Positions 38,319-48,213 of a stretch of 64,000 nt of DNA are shown here, piece after piece. Source of the stretch: a virus (Duplodnaviria; Caudoviricetes); IMG/VR virus record IMGVR_UViG_2751185632_000005, positions 1 through 64,000 of that record; one strand, 5' to 3'. The stretch's first letter is position 1, and every line of letters starts with the position of its first letter. The notes beneath the pieces are model-generated. The model ran no database searches, was not told where the DNA came from, and saw nothing but the letters and a program-made list of their open reading frames with translations. The translations under genes were made by a program, and so were the position numbers.

Positions 38319-40222
38319 ACGACATCGTCAAAGAAGTCCGCGTGGGACATCTTTGCTGCGGCTCTGGCTTTGGCGCCAAGGGCTTCCGCAAGGGCAACGC
38401 GCGTGTCGGAAATCTCGTAGCGAAGTTTCGCAATATCGGCGGCGTCGACGTCGACCCGGCTGGCGTCCGGGACTTCGAGCGCTTCGCCGGCGTCAAGGGG
38501 ACGCTGCTCGACCTGATGTCGCTGGAGCAGTATCGGGCGTTCCACGGTCACGAGCCGCCGCCCGGCTGGCGTGAGGCGACGCCGGACGACATCCGGGCTG
38601 CCATGGGCTACGAGCGCCCGCACATCTGGTTCGTGTCGGCACCGTGCAAGGGCTTCTCCGGCCTCCTGTCCGAAAAAGCGTCGGCCTCTGCGAAGTATCA
38701 GGCCTTGAACGGTCTGACGCTGAGGGCAGTCTGGCTGGCGCTCGAGGCCGACAAGGATGATCCCGCCGAGTTCATCCTGTTCGAGAACGTGCCGCGCATC
38801 GCCAACCGTGGCCGACCCCTGCTGCGGGCAATCCAGGCACTCTATGACGACTATGGCTATGCTTACGCGGAGACGACGCACGACTGCGGCGAACTCGGCG
38901 GGCTGGGCCAGAGCCGCAAGCGTTTCCTGATGGTGGCGCGGCATCGCGAGAAGGTGCCGCCGTTCCTGTACGAGCCGCCGAAGCGCCGGTTGCGCGGCGT
39001 CGGCGAGATCCTCGATCGCCTGCCGATGCCTGGCGACGATCAGGCCGGCCCGATGCACCGCATGCCGGCGCTGCACTGGAAGACATGGGTTCGCCTCGCC
39101 TTCGTCGAGGCCGGCTCGGACTGGCGCTCGCTCAACAAGCTCAAGGTCGAGGGCGGTGTGCTGGCCGATTTCGGGATCGCTCCGCTCGGCGCCGACGCGG
39201 CCGATATCCCGGACTTCGACCTTGGCGGCAAGAATTGGCAGGGCGGCGTGTTGGGCGTGAGCCCCTGGGGGCGACATTCCGGTGTCGTCACCGGCCGCGG
39301 CTCTCCGACCACCGGGACGTTCGCCGTCGCCGACCCCCGCGCACCAGCCGGCGCCGGCGAGTACGGCCAGTATGGCGTTCGTGGCTGGGGCGAGACAATG
39401 GGCGCCGTCATCAACGTCAAGTCGCCCGGTCAGGGCGGTTTTGCCGTAGCCGATCCAAGGACGGGCTTCGGCCCCGCCACCCATCACAACATCCTGCATG
39501 TGCACGACTGGGGCGACACCGGGAAGACGGTGACGGGCGGCACGCACCCAAGCGGCGGGGGGCTTTGCGTGGCCGACCCGAGGGCGCCGGCCGGCCGGGA
39601 GGGTAGCGGCAAGTACAAGGTGGTGGCCTTCGGCGAGCCTTCCGGCAGCGTCATCGGCGCCAGCACGACCGGGCAGGGCGCCTTCGCGGTGGCCGATCCA
39701 CGGCCGAAGGCTCTCAACGGCGAGCACCGTGAGGGGTATTCGACGCAGGGTCACTATGGCGTCGTACCTTGGGACCGCCACAGCGGCGCCGTGCCGGCCT
39801 TCGCCAAGAACAACAACGGGCCGTGGAGCGTCGCAGATCCTCGGGACATGCCCGGCGAGCTTCTGCAGGGCGGCCCTGTCTCCGGTCTGCCGGCCGAGAA
39901 TGACAAGCTCGTGGCTGTTATTCGCGCGCTCGACGGGACTTGGCATCGGCCGTTCACGACACTGGAGCTGGCCGCCTTGCAAAGCCTGTTCGATCCGGAC
40001 GAATGGTTTGGCTTCGAGATGGATGGGACATCCGACAGCGCATGGCGCGAGCGGATCGGCAACGCCGTGCCGCCGGATGCCGCCGCGGCGGTGGCTGGCG
40101 TCATGGGGCGCACGCTGCTGCTCGCCTGGGCCGGCGAGACCTTCATGCTGTCGAGCGATCCGATCTGGGTGCAGCCCCTGACCGTCGCGCTGTCGGTCGA
40201 TGTGCCGAGGGCCGCGGAATGA
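38315..40222 (+). CDS. Phage C5-cytosine methyltransferase with five internal repeats
   Basis: HLCCGSG, SAPCKGFS, ENVP, QSRKR, RIGNAVP; five ADPR-ending repeats. Confidence 0.88.
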   Translation: MNDIVKEVRVGHLCCGSGFGAKGFRKGNARVGNLVAKFRNIGGVDVDPAGVRDFERFAGVKGTLLDLMSLEQYRAFHGHEPPPGWREATPDDIRAAMGYERPHIWFVSAPCKGFSGLLSEKASASAKYQALNGLTLRAVWLALEADKDDPAEFILFENVPRIANRGRPLLRAIQALYDDYGYAYAETTHDCGELGGLGQSRKRFLMVARHREKVPPFLYEPPKRRLRGVGEILDRLPMPGDDQAGPMHRMPALHWKTWVRLAFVEAGSDWRSLNKLKVEGGVLADFGIAPLGADAADIPDFDLGGKNWQGGVLGVSPWGRHSGVVTGRGSPTTGTFAVADPRAPAGAGEYGQYGVRGWGETMGAVINVKSPGQGGFAVADPRTGFGPATHHNILHVHDWGDTGKTVTGGTHPSGGGLCVADPRAPAGREGSGKYKVVAFGEPSGSVIGASTTGQGAFAVADPRPKALNGEHREGYSTQGHYGVVPWDRHSGAVPAFAKNNNGPWSVADPRDMPGELLQGGPVSGLPAENDKLVAVIRALDGTWHRPFTTLELAALQSLFDPDEWFGFEMDGTSDSAWRERIGNAVPPDAAAAVAGVMGRTLLLAWAGETFMLSSDPIWVQPLTVALSVDVPRAAE

Positions 40223-41094
40223 ACGCTCCTACTCGTCCCGTCCTGCGGTGGCATGGTGGTAAGTGGCGCCTCGCCCCTTGGATCATCCAGTATTTTCCGG
40301 CGCATACGATCTATGTCGAGCCGTTCGGCGGCGCGGCAAGCGTTCTGCTGAGAAAGACGCCGACCGCTGCCGAGATCTACAACGACCTCGACGGCCGGCT
40401 GGTGAACCTGTTCCGCGTGCTGCGCGACGTGGACAAGGCGGCCGACCTGAAGCGCCGGGTGGAGCTGACGCTGTTCGCCCGCGCCGAATTCGATTGGGCC
40501 TACGGGATCCCGGCCGATGACGTCGACGACGCGCACCGGATGATCGTGCTGAGCTTCATGGGGCACGGGTCGGATAGCACGACGCGAACCTGCAGAACGG
40601 GTTTCCGGTCTCGACTGTCGGACAACCGGGCTCTGCCCTCGCAGGCCTGGTCGACGTGGCACCGATCGATCCCCGAATTCGCCGATCGTCTGCGGGGCGT
40701 GGTCATCGAGCAATGCCCGGCCGCCGTGCTGATCGAACGCTTCGCCCGGCCGGATACCCTGTTCTACGTCGACCCGCCCTATCTGCCGGAAACAAGATCA
40801 GCCATCGCCAACGGCCGGGCGAAGACGCACGGCTATCGTCACGAACTGACGGCCGCCGACCATGAAGAGCTGCTGGCGCTGCTCGACCGCACGGAAGGAA
40901 TGGTCGTGCTGTCGGGCTATCCGTCCGAGCTTTACGACGACATGCTGTCGGGTTGGACGCGGGTGGAAACCCGCGCCCTGGCGGATGGCGCCCGGCCTCG
41001 CACGGAAGTGCTTTGGCTCAACCCGGCGTGCTTGCGCGCCCTTGATGAGGATCGCGCTCAACTGGAAATCTTTGGCGGGACGGCGACACAATGA
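40219..41094 (+). CDS. Dam-like N6-adenine methyltransferase
   Basis: WHGGK, YVEPFGG, YNDLD, YVDPPY. Confidence 0.9.
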   Translation: MNAPTRPVLRWHGGKWRLAPWIIQYFPAHTIYVEPFGGAASVLLRKTPTAAEIYNDLDGRLVNLFRVLRDVDKAADLKRRVELTLFARAEFDWAYGIPADDVDDAHRMIVLSFMGHGSDSTTRTCRTGFRSRLSDNRALPSQAWSTWHRSIPEFADRLRGVVIEQCPAAVLIERFARPDTLFYVDPPYLPETRSAIANGRAKTHGYRHELTAADHEELLALLDRTEGMVVLSGYPSELYDDMLSGWTRVETRALADGARPRTEVLWLNPACLRALDEDRAQLEIFGGTATQ

Positions 41095-42203
41095 CCGTCC
41101 TCGAGAGGATCACCTACGAAGAGATCGTCCAGCGGCTGAACGATCATGCGGCGCAGATCGCCGAGGAATGCATTCGGGATGGGCGCAGGGACCGGAATTA
41201 CTGGCGCGGCGACTGCCACGGGAAATGTTCGGTCCACATTACCGGGCCGCGTGTCGGGATGGTTGGCTTCTGGCAGGGACAGGCGGGCAACACGAAGGGC
41301 GGTGGCAACCTCATCCATCTCATCGAGCTGGCCTTCGGCTGCAAGTCACACGGCGAGGCTGTCCAACTCGCCAAGGAACGATACCTCGGGCTCCGCGGAC
41401 GCGAGTTGACGCCGGAGGAGAAGAAGGCTTGGGCCAAGTCCCAAGAGGAATCGAAACGCCGCGCCGCCGAACGCCAGAGACAGGCGGAGTTGGATGCTGT
41501 CGCAAGGTCGGAGACGGCACTTGAGGTCTGGCGGGCTTCGGTGCCGATCGCGGGGACGCTCGCCGAGGTTTACCTCAACTCACGCGACATCGAGCTTTCC
41601 GACTTTCCGTCCGACCGGCCATGGCCTCCCAGTCTGCGGTTCAACCCGCGCGTCGAGCTTCGTCGCGGCGAGTTCCACCCGGCACTGATCGGCGGGACGC
41701 AGGCGGCCGACCGCAGGCTGATCGCCGTCTGGAGGATATTCCTACTTCCAGACGGGCGGCCGATGCTCGACAAGGACGGCAAGAAGATCAAGCTCGGGTT
41801 GGGGCCGGCCTCGGGTGGCGCTGTCCGGCTCGCTCCCGTCGGCGAACTGCTGAGGCTGGCCGAGGGCATCGAGACTGCGCTCGGCGTCATGCTGCTGACT
41901 AGTTGCCGCGTCCCTGTCTGGGCGACGCTTTCGACCTCCGGAATGATCGGCTTCCAGATCCCCAAGGGCGTGCGCCGGATCGAGATCTACGCCGATGGCG
42001 ACCGCCACCGCCTCAACAAGCTCACCGATCACGTAGACCGGCCGCCTGGCATCCATGCCGCCGAGACCCTGCGGGCACGCGCCCTCAAGGAGGGCGTCGA
42101 GTGCGTGATCGTTCCATCCCCTGAGCCGGACGACTGGCTCGATGTGTGGGTTTCCAGAAAGAAGGACATGCAAAATGGACGCAGCGTCGTCTACCTCGAC
42201 TGA
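41091..42203 (+). CDS. Toprim-domain DNA primase
   Basis: AEVYLNSR, AEGIETAL, YADGD. Confidence 0.82.
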   Translation: MTVLERITYEEIVQRLNDHAAQIAEECIRDGRRDRNYWRGDCHGKCSVHITGPRVGMVGFWQGQAGNTKGGGNLIHLIELAFGCKSHGEAVQLAKERYLGLRGRELTPEEKKAWAKSQEESKRRAAERQRQAELDAVARSETALEVWRASVPIAGTLAEVYLNSRDIELSDFPSDRPWPPSLRFNPRVELRRGEFHPALIGGTQAADRRLIAVWRIFLLPDGRPMLDKDGKKIKLGLGPASGGAVRLAPVGELLRLAEGIETALGVMLLTSCRVPVWATLSTSGMIGFQIPKGVRRIEIYADGDRHRLNKLTDHVDRPPGIHAAETLRARALKEGVECVIVPSPEPDDWLDVWVSRKKDMQNGRSVVYLD

Positions 42204-43587
42204 GGGCATCGGCAACGTCTCGATCGAGCGTCTGGTGCTCGGCGCCATCCTGCTCAACGAGGAGAACTACTGGGGCATCAGCGACGTTCTGTCGCTGGAC
42301 TGCTTCGGCTCCGATGACCACCAGAAGATCTTCGCGGTTATCACGGAGCTGGCCTCCGACGGTCGAGCCATCCGCGTTCCCCTCGTTGCAGGCCGCCTCG
42401 GCACGCTACAGGATGGTCAGGATGCCGACGCCTACCTGTCCGGTCTGCTGCACTTCGCCGGCAAGGAGGACTCCATCCCCCTACGAGACTATGCGCACGA
42501 CCTCAGGGACGCAGCGACGCGGCGGCGCGTGCTCGCCCTCGCCGAGGGCATGATCAAGAGCATCAAGGATCCGAGGCTGGATGCTCAATCCATCGTCGAT
42601 CGCGCCGGAGAGAGGATCGCCGACATCTCCAGGTCGGCGGCGATCGAATTCGAGACGACCGTCTCCGACACCATCAAGCGCATCCTCAAGACCGCATCGC
42701 CAAAGAGCAAGAAGGGGATCGCTCTGAAACCGTGCCTTGCAGGACTCGAAGAGATGTTCGGCTTCTTCGCCCCTGGGTCCCTTGTTCTATGGGGTGGCGG
42801 CCCGGGTGCGGGCAAGACGGCTATCGCCATGCAGCAGCTCCTGTGGACCAGCAGAAACGACCCGTCGAGCTTCTTCGAACTGGAAATGGACTCCGACAGC
42901 CTCGTGGCCCGTTCAATCGCCGGCGAGACAGGGGTCTCGGTGCGCGACATCATGCGAGGCATGAACGAGGACCAGTACGCCCGCCTCTCTCAGGCATCTG
43001 ACGACTATTCTGGGCTACATCTGCGCATGGTTAACCAGGCGAAGATGTCCATCCAGCAGATCCGGAGCCGCGCTTATGCGCACCGGCGCAAGCATGGCCT
43101 TAGCCTGCTCGTCGTCGATCACCTGAAGCTCATCGAGAGGCCGAGTAAAACTCGCATCGATCCGATCGAGCGCGCCTACGAGAACGCTCGCGACCTCAAG
43201 ACGCTTGCCAAGGATCTCGGCTGCGTCGTCATCGCCTTGTGCCAGTTCACCAAGATGGCCCGCCAGAAGGAACAGCCGGAACCGGAGATGGAGGACTTCT
43301 ACGGTGGCAGCCTTGAGGAGCACGCCGACTTGATGCTGGCCAACTTCAACAGGAACGACTGGCTAAAGAAGAATCCGCCCAAGACAAACCAGAGCAAGGC
43401 AAAGCTGGATTGGGAATCTCAGTGCAACCAGACAATGGGAAGAATTGAGGTGTACAAACTGAAAGATCGCTTTGGCTCCCCGCGTGACCGGAAGATATTT
43501 CACTGGGACGGGAAGAAGACGATGTTCTCGGACTTGTCTGTGCAACAGGATAGTTTCGACATTGGCGACAGCCGGGGGGTTCTATGA
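42175..43587 (+). CDS. dnaB: DnaB-like replicative helicase
   Basis: ERLVLGAIL N-domain, GGPGAGKT, VVDHL, LCQ. Confidence 0.9.
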   Translation: MDAASSTSTEGIGNVSIERLVLGAILLNEENYWGISDVLSLDCFGSDDHQKIFAVITELASDGRAIRVPLVAGRLGTLQDGQDADAYLSGLLHFAGKEDSIPLRDYAHDLRDAATRRRVLALAEGMIKSIKDPRLDAQSIVDRAGERIADISRSAAIEFETTVSDTIKRILKTASPKSKKGIALKPCLAGLEEMFGFFAPGSLVLWGGGPGAGKTAIAMQQLLWTSRNDPSSFFELEMDSDSLVARSIAGETGVSVRDIMRGMNEDQYARLSQASDDYSGLHLRMVNQAKMSIQQIRSRAYAHRRKHGLSLLVVDHLKLIERPSKTRIDPIERAYENARDLKTLAKDLGCVVIALCQFTKMARQKEQPEPEMEDFYGGSLEEHADLMLANFNRNDWLKKNPPKTNQSKAKLDWESQCNQTMGRIEVYKLKDRFGSPRDRKIFHWDGKKTMFSDLSVQQDSFDIGDSRGVL

Positions 43588-43925
43588 TGGCTGAGCTGAA
43601 TTGCTTCAAGGCATTCGCGGCGCCGGTCTACGGAGGCTACAACGCAATGGTGCGCACCGCCAAGGACGCCAAGGCGAAGCCGATCACAGGGAAGGGTGGG
43701 GCTCCACTCGTCTACCGGACCGAGTTGGAGGCGCTCAGGGCGGCGACGGATGGGCTTACGACCTGGATCAACGGGCACATGGAGCGCACCGGCGAAGTGG
43801 CGGGAGCGACTGCAGCAGCGGCGAACGCCGCCTTCACGATCAAAACGGTCGAGCCGCGGCGCCGGCAGATCACCGTCATCACGAAGCGAAAGGCGGTACG
43901 GGTTGGTCAAGATCGACAGGCATAA
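43584..43925 (+). CDS. Hypothetical protein
   Basis: Coupled to dnaB. Confidence 0.6.
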   Translation: MMAELNCFKAFAAPVYGGYNAMVRTAKDAKAKPITGKGGAPLVYRTELEALRAATDGLTTWINGHMERTGEVAGATAAAANAAFTIKTVEPRRRQITVITKRKAVRVGQDRQA

Positions 43926-44208
43926 GGACGCCACCGTCTACGTCGTGTGGGTCCTGTGGCTCATCGGCATGGGCGAGCGGGCGGTCGCGCTGGTGGCCGG
44001 CCTCGGCAAGAAGCAGGTGTCCGGCATCATCGCCAGGTCGCCCTACCGGAATCGATCCGCCATGTCCGACGCGGAACGGAAAGCCAAACTCGACGAACTG
44101 TGGTCGGTTCGTTTCGAGGACGGAAAGCCTCTCGACGGCGGAATTCTGGATCGGGTGCAAGGGCAGTTCCTGGAACTGCGTCGTGGGCAACGTAAGGGGG
44201 CAAGATAA
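43903..44208 (+). CDS. Hypothetical HTH-like protein
   Basis: TTG start; ERAVALVAGLGKKQVSGII. Confidence 0.55.
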   Translation: MVKIDRHKDATVYVVWVLWLIGMGERAVALVAGLGKKQVSGIIARSPYRNRSAMSDAERKAKLDELWSVRFEDGKPLDGGILDRVQGQFLELRRGQRKGAR

Positions 44209-44828
44209 TGGCGACCGGCCAGCACATCCTGGACAAACTCAAGAAGGCGAAGGAGGGCACGGTCGATCCGGCGCCGGAACCGACGGCCGACGGCCGCGGC
44301 ATATTCGTCATGTCCGGGGTCAAGATCGGCATCGTCAGCAAGGACGCCGGGCTGATCGAGCAACTGGTGGCGACTGGCCGGATCGTCTCGCCTGTCGACC
44401 CCGTCGGAACGTCGGGCGCGAGGTTCCACGTGGCGTTGCGGCTCAGGGACCTGTTCGAAGGCGCACAGGTCCGGGGCATGAGGTCACCGGCAATCGGGGA
44501 TGCCGGCGGGGGCGTGCCGTCCAGCGACATCACCGGCTACCAGCTCGATTGCCTGCGCATGGTCGGGCGGATGAGAGCCGCTATGCCGAAGCCCTATATG
44601 GTCGATGTTCTAGAGCATGCGGTTTGCTGGGACTCATGGCATCCATCCGCGCCGGGTGACCTCGACTACCGGATCAAGATCCTGCAGTGCGCGATCGACC
44701 ACGCCGGCGCGGCGCTCCATTACATTCCGGAGGAGTCTGTCATGCAGCGGTGGAGGCACGAGCTATGGCAGGAGGTGCGCCAAAGCGCTCCGCCAGTTCG
44801 GTCTCGTATTCGGGCCGCCAGGGATTGA
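44208..44828 (+). CDS. Hypothetical protein, possible late regulator (Q-like position)
   Basis: Last gene of rightward early operon; function inferred from position only. Confidence 0.5.
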   Translation: MATGQHILDKLKKAKEGTVDPAPEPTADGRGIFVMSGVKIGIVSKDAGLIEQLVATGRIVSPVDPVGTSGARFHVALRLRDLFEGAQVRGMRSPAIGDAGGGVPSSDITGYQLDCLRMVGRMRAAMPKPYMVDVLEHAVCWDSWHPSAPGDLDYRIKILQCAIDHAGAALHYIPEESVMQRWRHELWQEVRQSAPPVRSRIRAARD

Positions 44829-45021
44829 GGCCGGCCCGCACCGCCGACATGGCGAGGCGCTCGGTATGCGTGAGTTCGCGCTTGCCGGTGGCGGTCTCGC
44901 TGGCGCGGGTGCGGCCGGTGATCCCGATCAGGCTTGCGCCGACTGTCGTGGCGCCGCGCGACAAGCCCATGGACTGGAGCCAGGCGCGGAAGTCGGTGGT
45001 GGTCAGGTCTCGCTTAGGCAT
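44740..45021 (-). CDS. XRE-like HTH protein
   Basis: FRAWLQSMGLS..ASLIGIT; convergent overlap with 44208-44828. Confidence 0.55.
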   Translation of the reverse strand: MPKRDLTTTDFRAWLQSMGLSRGATTVGASLIGITGRTRASETATGKRELTHTERLAMSAVRAGLNPWRPEYETELAERFGAPPAIARASTAA

Positions 45022-45452
45022 TCTTCGGTAATCCTCTCGGCGGCATCGGCATTCGCCTCCGACATCGCCATCAGCCGGAACAGCACATGGACCGAGTGCG
45101 GCACGTCCTGCTCACCGTCCAGCCATTTGATAAAGCGATGCTGGGGGACGCCGGCTATCTCGGCAGCATAGGTGACCGTGATGTCGATCTCGTTGAGCAG
45201 GGCCGAAAGCTCACTGCCGGTGATGCGGCGGTAGCCGCCCGCCTTTCTGGTGTCGATTGTGCGGGAGTCGAAGAGGGCGGCGAACGCCTCGAGCGCCGCC
45301 GCCTCTGCTTCGTGTGGGGTATCGAAGCGCACGACCTTTCCGCCGCGTCGAACGAGATCGGGGACAAGACCAGGCAGCGCGAACTGCGCGACAAACTTGT
45401 CGCCATCCTGAAGCGCCTTGCAAATGCGGCGCGACGCGGGCTTGAGGGTCAT
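45003..45452 (-). CDS. Hypothetical protein with C-terminal XRE HTH
   Basis: AAEIAGVPQHRFIKWLDGEQDVP. Confidence 0.65.
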   Translation of the reverse strand: MTLKPASRRICKALQDGDKFVAQFALPGLVPDLVRRGGKVVRFDTPHEAEAAALEAFAALFDSRTIDTRKAGGYRRITGSELSALLNEIDITVTYAAEIAGVPQHRFIKWLDGEQDVPHSVHVLFRLMAMSEANADAAERITEECLSET

Positions 45453-45463
45453 GCTCGATCCTT

Positions 45464-47005
45464 TCAGTAGAAGGTCCTCCCGTCTTTATAGACGCGGACG
45501 ATGCAGGTGTTGACATAGGTCCCGACCTCGGCGAACGAACCGGCCGGCAGGTCGGACCACTTTGCGTGCATCTTCTCCATCATCTCGCGGAAGGCAATGG
45601 CCTTCCTGGTCTCGCGAAACTCGGTGCCCGCCGACATGATGGCGGCCAGATAACCGTCGGGCTTCAAGAACTTCAGCGCGTGGACGACATGGTCGATGTC
45701 GCGCTCTCGATCGAACGGCGGGTTCATGGCCACCACGTCGTAGAGGGCGTCCGGATCCGGCCGCATCTGCATGAAGTCGCCGCAGGTGACGCGGTTGTAG
45801 ATGCCCTCGGACTCGAGCTGCATGGCGAGGTGCGGCTGGATCTCGATGCAGTCGACCTTGTTGTCGAAGCGATACTCCTTGCCGTAGCGCTCACGCTGCC
45901 ATTCGGGGAAGTCCTCCCACCGCGTGAAGCAGCGTCGGGCCAGGTTGCCAGTACCCGCCGATGGCTCAAGGATGCGAAGTGGAGGCTTGTCGGCCGGGCG
46001 AAGGAGTGGGGTGCCCGACAGCAGTTCGTCGGCGGCGGCCTCCGGCGTCGGGAAGAAGCCGAAGTAGCGGGCCGGCGTCGTCTTTACTTCCGAGAGTGGG
46101 TCGGCTTCCTCCGTCTGGCCGTCGCCGATCACTTCGCCGTACCAGTCGGCCAGAACCTTGTTCACCTTTTCGACGAGATCGTCTCGGGTGAACCAGAGAT
46201 GAGCGTTGCCGTTCTTGAATATCCGGATTTTAAAGTAATCTCCGTGATGCTCGGATTGCTTCGGGTTCCATGTTCCTTGCCGCTCGCGATCGACGGTGCC
46301 GACGATGCCGGCGTAGCTGGCCTTCGGGCTCTTGCCGTCGAGGATCTGGAATGCCCGCTCGATATCGAGGAGGGTGTCCTGCTGGCTCCGATACCCCCAG
46401 CACCATCGGCCGCTATCGTCGAAAGCGTGGTTCAGGATAAGCCGCGAGCCGATCTTAAAGCCGTCATGCGAACGGAAGCGACGATCAAGCCTGGTGAAGG
46501 CGTTGGCGACGCCGCGTCGGAAAATGAGATCCGCATCGGCCTGGAAATGCTCCAGCGTGGCAAAGATGTTTTCGACCGTCACCGGCGGTAGGCCGCGTTC
46601 GATCTCGTCCATGTTGATCACCGCTCCCTTCTCGTTGGTGCGCTCCGGCACATAGCGCATCTGGTCGCGGAGCTTGTCCTTGGCTTCCTTGTCCATGAGG
46701 GATTCGATTTCGGTGGTCTGGATGATGTGCGACCAGACGTCGAGGTCGATCAGCCGCCGCGCGGTGCGGAGATACTGGTCGCGGTCCGGCATCCGGACTG
46801 CCTTGGCAAAGGCCTTGGTCTCCCGGCTGTCGTCGTAATAGTGCGGCGAGGCGCCGGGGGCCGCAGCGCGCCACAAGCCTGCTGCCTCCTTGAGAATGGC
46901 GTCGGCGGCGGCGATAGCACCGAACGCCTCCTCGTATTTCCGGATGGCTGCATCACGGAACCGGACGATCGTCTCGACCGAGTTGCGGGGTATAAGCGCG
47001 TTCAT
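45464..47005 (-). CDS. DUF4942-like domain plus N6-adenine methyltransferase
   Basis: FFPTP, ILEPSAGTG, MNPPF; N-half with FKIRIFKNGNAHL. Confidence 0.8.
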   Translation of the reverse strand: MNALIPRNSVETIVRFRDAAIRKYEEAFGAIAAADAILKEAAGLWRAAAPGASPHYYDDSRETKAFAKAVRMPDRDQYLRTARRLIDLDVWSHIIQTTEIESLMDKEAKDKLRDQMRYVPERTNEKGAVINMDEIERGLPPVTVENIFATLEHFQADADLIFRRGVANAFTRLDRRFRSHDGFKIGSRLILNHAFDDSGRWCWGYRSQQDTLLDIERAFQILDGKSPKASYAGIVGTVDRERQGTWNPKQSEHHGDYFKIRIFKNGNAHLWFTRDDLVEKVNKVLADWYGEVIGDGQTEEADPLSEVKTTPARYFGFFPTPEAAADELLSGTPLLRPADKPPLRILEPSAGTGNLARRCFTRWEDFPEWQRERYGKEYRFDNKVDCIEIQPHLAMQLESEGIYNRVTCGDFMQMRPDPDALYDVVAMNPPFDRERDIDHVVHALKFLKPDGYLAAIMSAGTEFRETRKAIAFREMMEKMHAKWSDLPAGSFAEVGTYVNTCIVRVYKDGRTFY

Positions 47006-47006
47006 G

Positions 47007-47504
47007 TCAGTCTCCGTTGGTGCCATGCGTGGCGGGGGTATCGAGAGGCGGAAGCCCTTGGCGGGCGCGCGCTCGGTTGACGATGTCGGTGAAGTCGACG
47101 GCCTTCAGGCCGGGGCCTCGGTAGATCCAGGGCGGATTGTCTGGGTCGAGTTTGCCGTGGTCGAACTGGTAGAGCATGTCGAGCAGGTATTCCGGCGTTG
47201 CCGGGTATGGCGCTGTGTTCCACAAGCGGGTTAGCGCTCGCCTGGTGTTGTCTCCATAGGCGAACAACTGGGTGCGGGCGCGCCGCCAGCCCGCCGCCCT
47301 TCTGTTCCGGACATTCTGCTCCCAAATGGTCCGCCTCACCGCCCGCTCAGCCATCACGGTGTCCGCGGCAGGCTGCTGCTCGGCGATCATCTCGGCCAGC
47401 AGCGGCAGCCTTTCGCGCTCGAGCCTTTGCTTCCTGGCGAGAGCCGCCCGCTTGCGCGACGTGTCCTCGTAGGGGCCGTAGCGCTGCTTCCTCGTGAATC
47501 TCAT
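47007..47504 (-). CDS. Hypothetical protein
   Basis: DTSRKRAAL.RKQ..ERE.LPLLA pattern. Confidence 0.6.
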   Translation of the reverse strand: MRFTRKQRYGPYEDTSRKRAALARKQRLERERLPLLAEMIAEQQPAADTVMAERAVRRTIWEQNVRNRRAAGWRRARTQLFAYGDNTRRALTRLWNTAPYPATPEYLLDMLYQFDHGKLDPDNPPWIYRGPGLKAVDFTDIVNRARARQGLPPLDTPATHGTNGD

Positions 47505-47698
47505 GCCTGCCCCCTGTCGTTTGTCCGCGTGCTGGTGTCGCCCATAGGCTCCCATGCGAGGATCTGCACGTCGCCATCGCGGCGGACGGTTGCGCTGGAG
47601 CGGACTTTGATGTGGCTGGAAGCCTGATCGACGGCCTGACCGATAGAGTCGGCGTCGACGGCAAGGCGCAGCCTTACCTCGACGATGTGCTTGTGCAT
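47501..47698 (-). CDS. Hypothetical protein
   Basis: AAGGAG RBS and leader motif. Confidence 0.55.
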   Translation of the reverse strand: MHKHIVEVRLRLAVDADSIGQAVDQASSHIKVRSSATVRRDGDVQILAWEPMGDTSTRTNDRGQA

Positions 47699-47732
47699 CG
47701 CGGTCTCCTTGGTCCCATGATCGGGGAAAAGA

Positions 47733-47760
47733 AAAGGCCGGGCTGTGTTGCCCGGCCTTT
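47733..47760 (-). terminator. Intrinsic terminator inside accessory operon
   Basis: Perfect 11-bp IR followed by TTCTTTT on minus strand. Confidence 0.75.
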
Positions 47761-47784
47761 GGAAAGCATCAGGTTCGCTTGCTC

Positions 47785-48144
47785 CTATCCGTCGATGACG
47801 CCAACCTTCCGCAGGTGAGCCGGGTCGTAGGAGTTGTAGAGCAGCCAAACCGATGAGCAGAAGGACGGAAGGTCCTCCTCAGCCTCATGTCGGGCCTCCG
47901 TCGCGCCCTTGAGGACTTGTTGCCTGGTGGTCTCGGCATCCCATCCCAGGGCCGTACCGAGGTCAATGATTTGCTCCAGCGTTTTCTCGTAATTGATCCG
48001 GAAACCGCTGCACTTTACATCAGCCTGCAAGAAGCGCACGAAGGCGGCGAAGTCTCCATCATAGGTCGGCTGGATGAAACCAGCGTCCGCGGCCCCGGCA
48101 ACTACGGACAGAAGAAGCGTAAGCGCAACGCGGCCAACAATCAT
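47785..48144 (-). CDS. Exported hypothetical protein
   Basis: Signal peptide-like N-terminus ending ADA. Confidence 0.6.
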   Translation of the reverse strand: MIVGRVALTLLLSVVAGAADAGFIQPTYDGDFAAFVRFLQADVKCSGFRINYEKTLEQIIDLGTALGWDAETTRQQVLKGATEARHEAEEDLPSFCSSVWLLYNSYDPAHLRKVGVIDG

Positions 48145-48213
48145 ATCGGCTCTCCCGAAAAGGTGAGCCGATGCTATTGGTCTGGCGGTGCGGTGGTCAA
48201 TCCTCTCCTCGGC

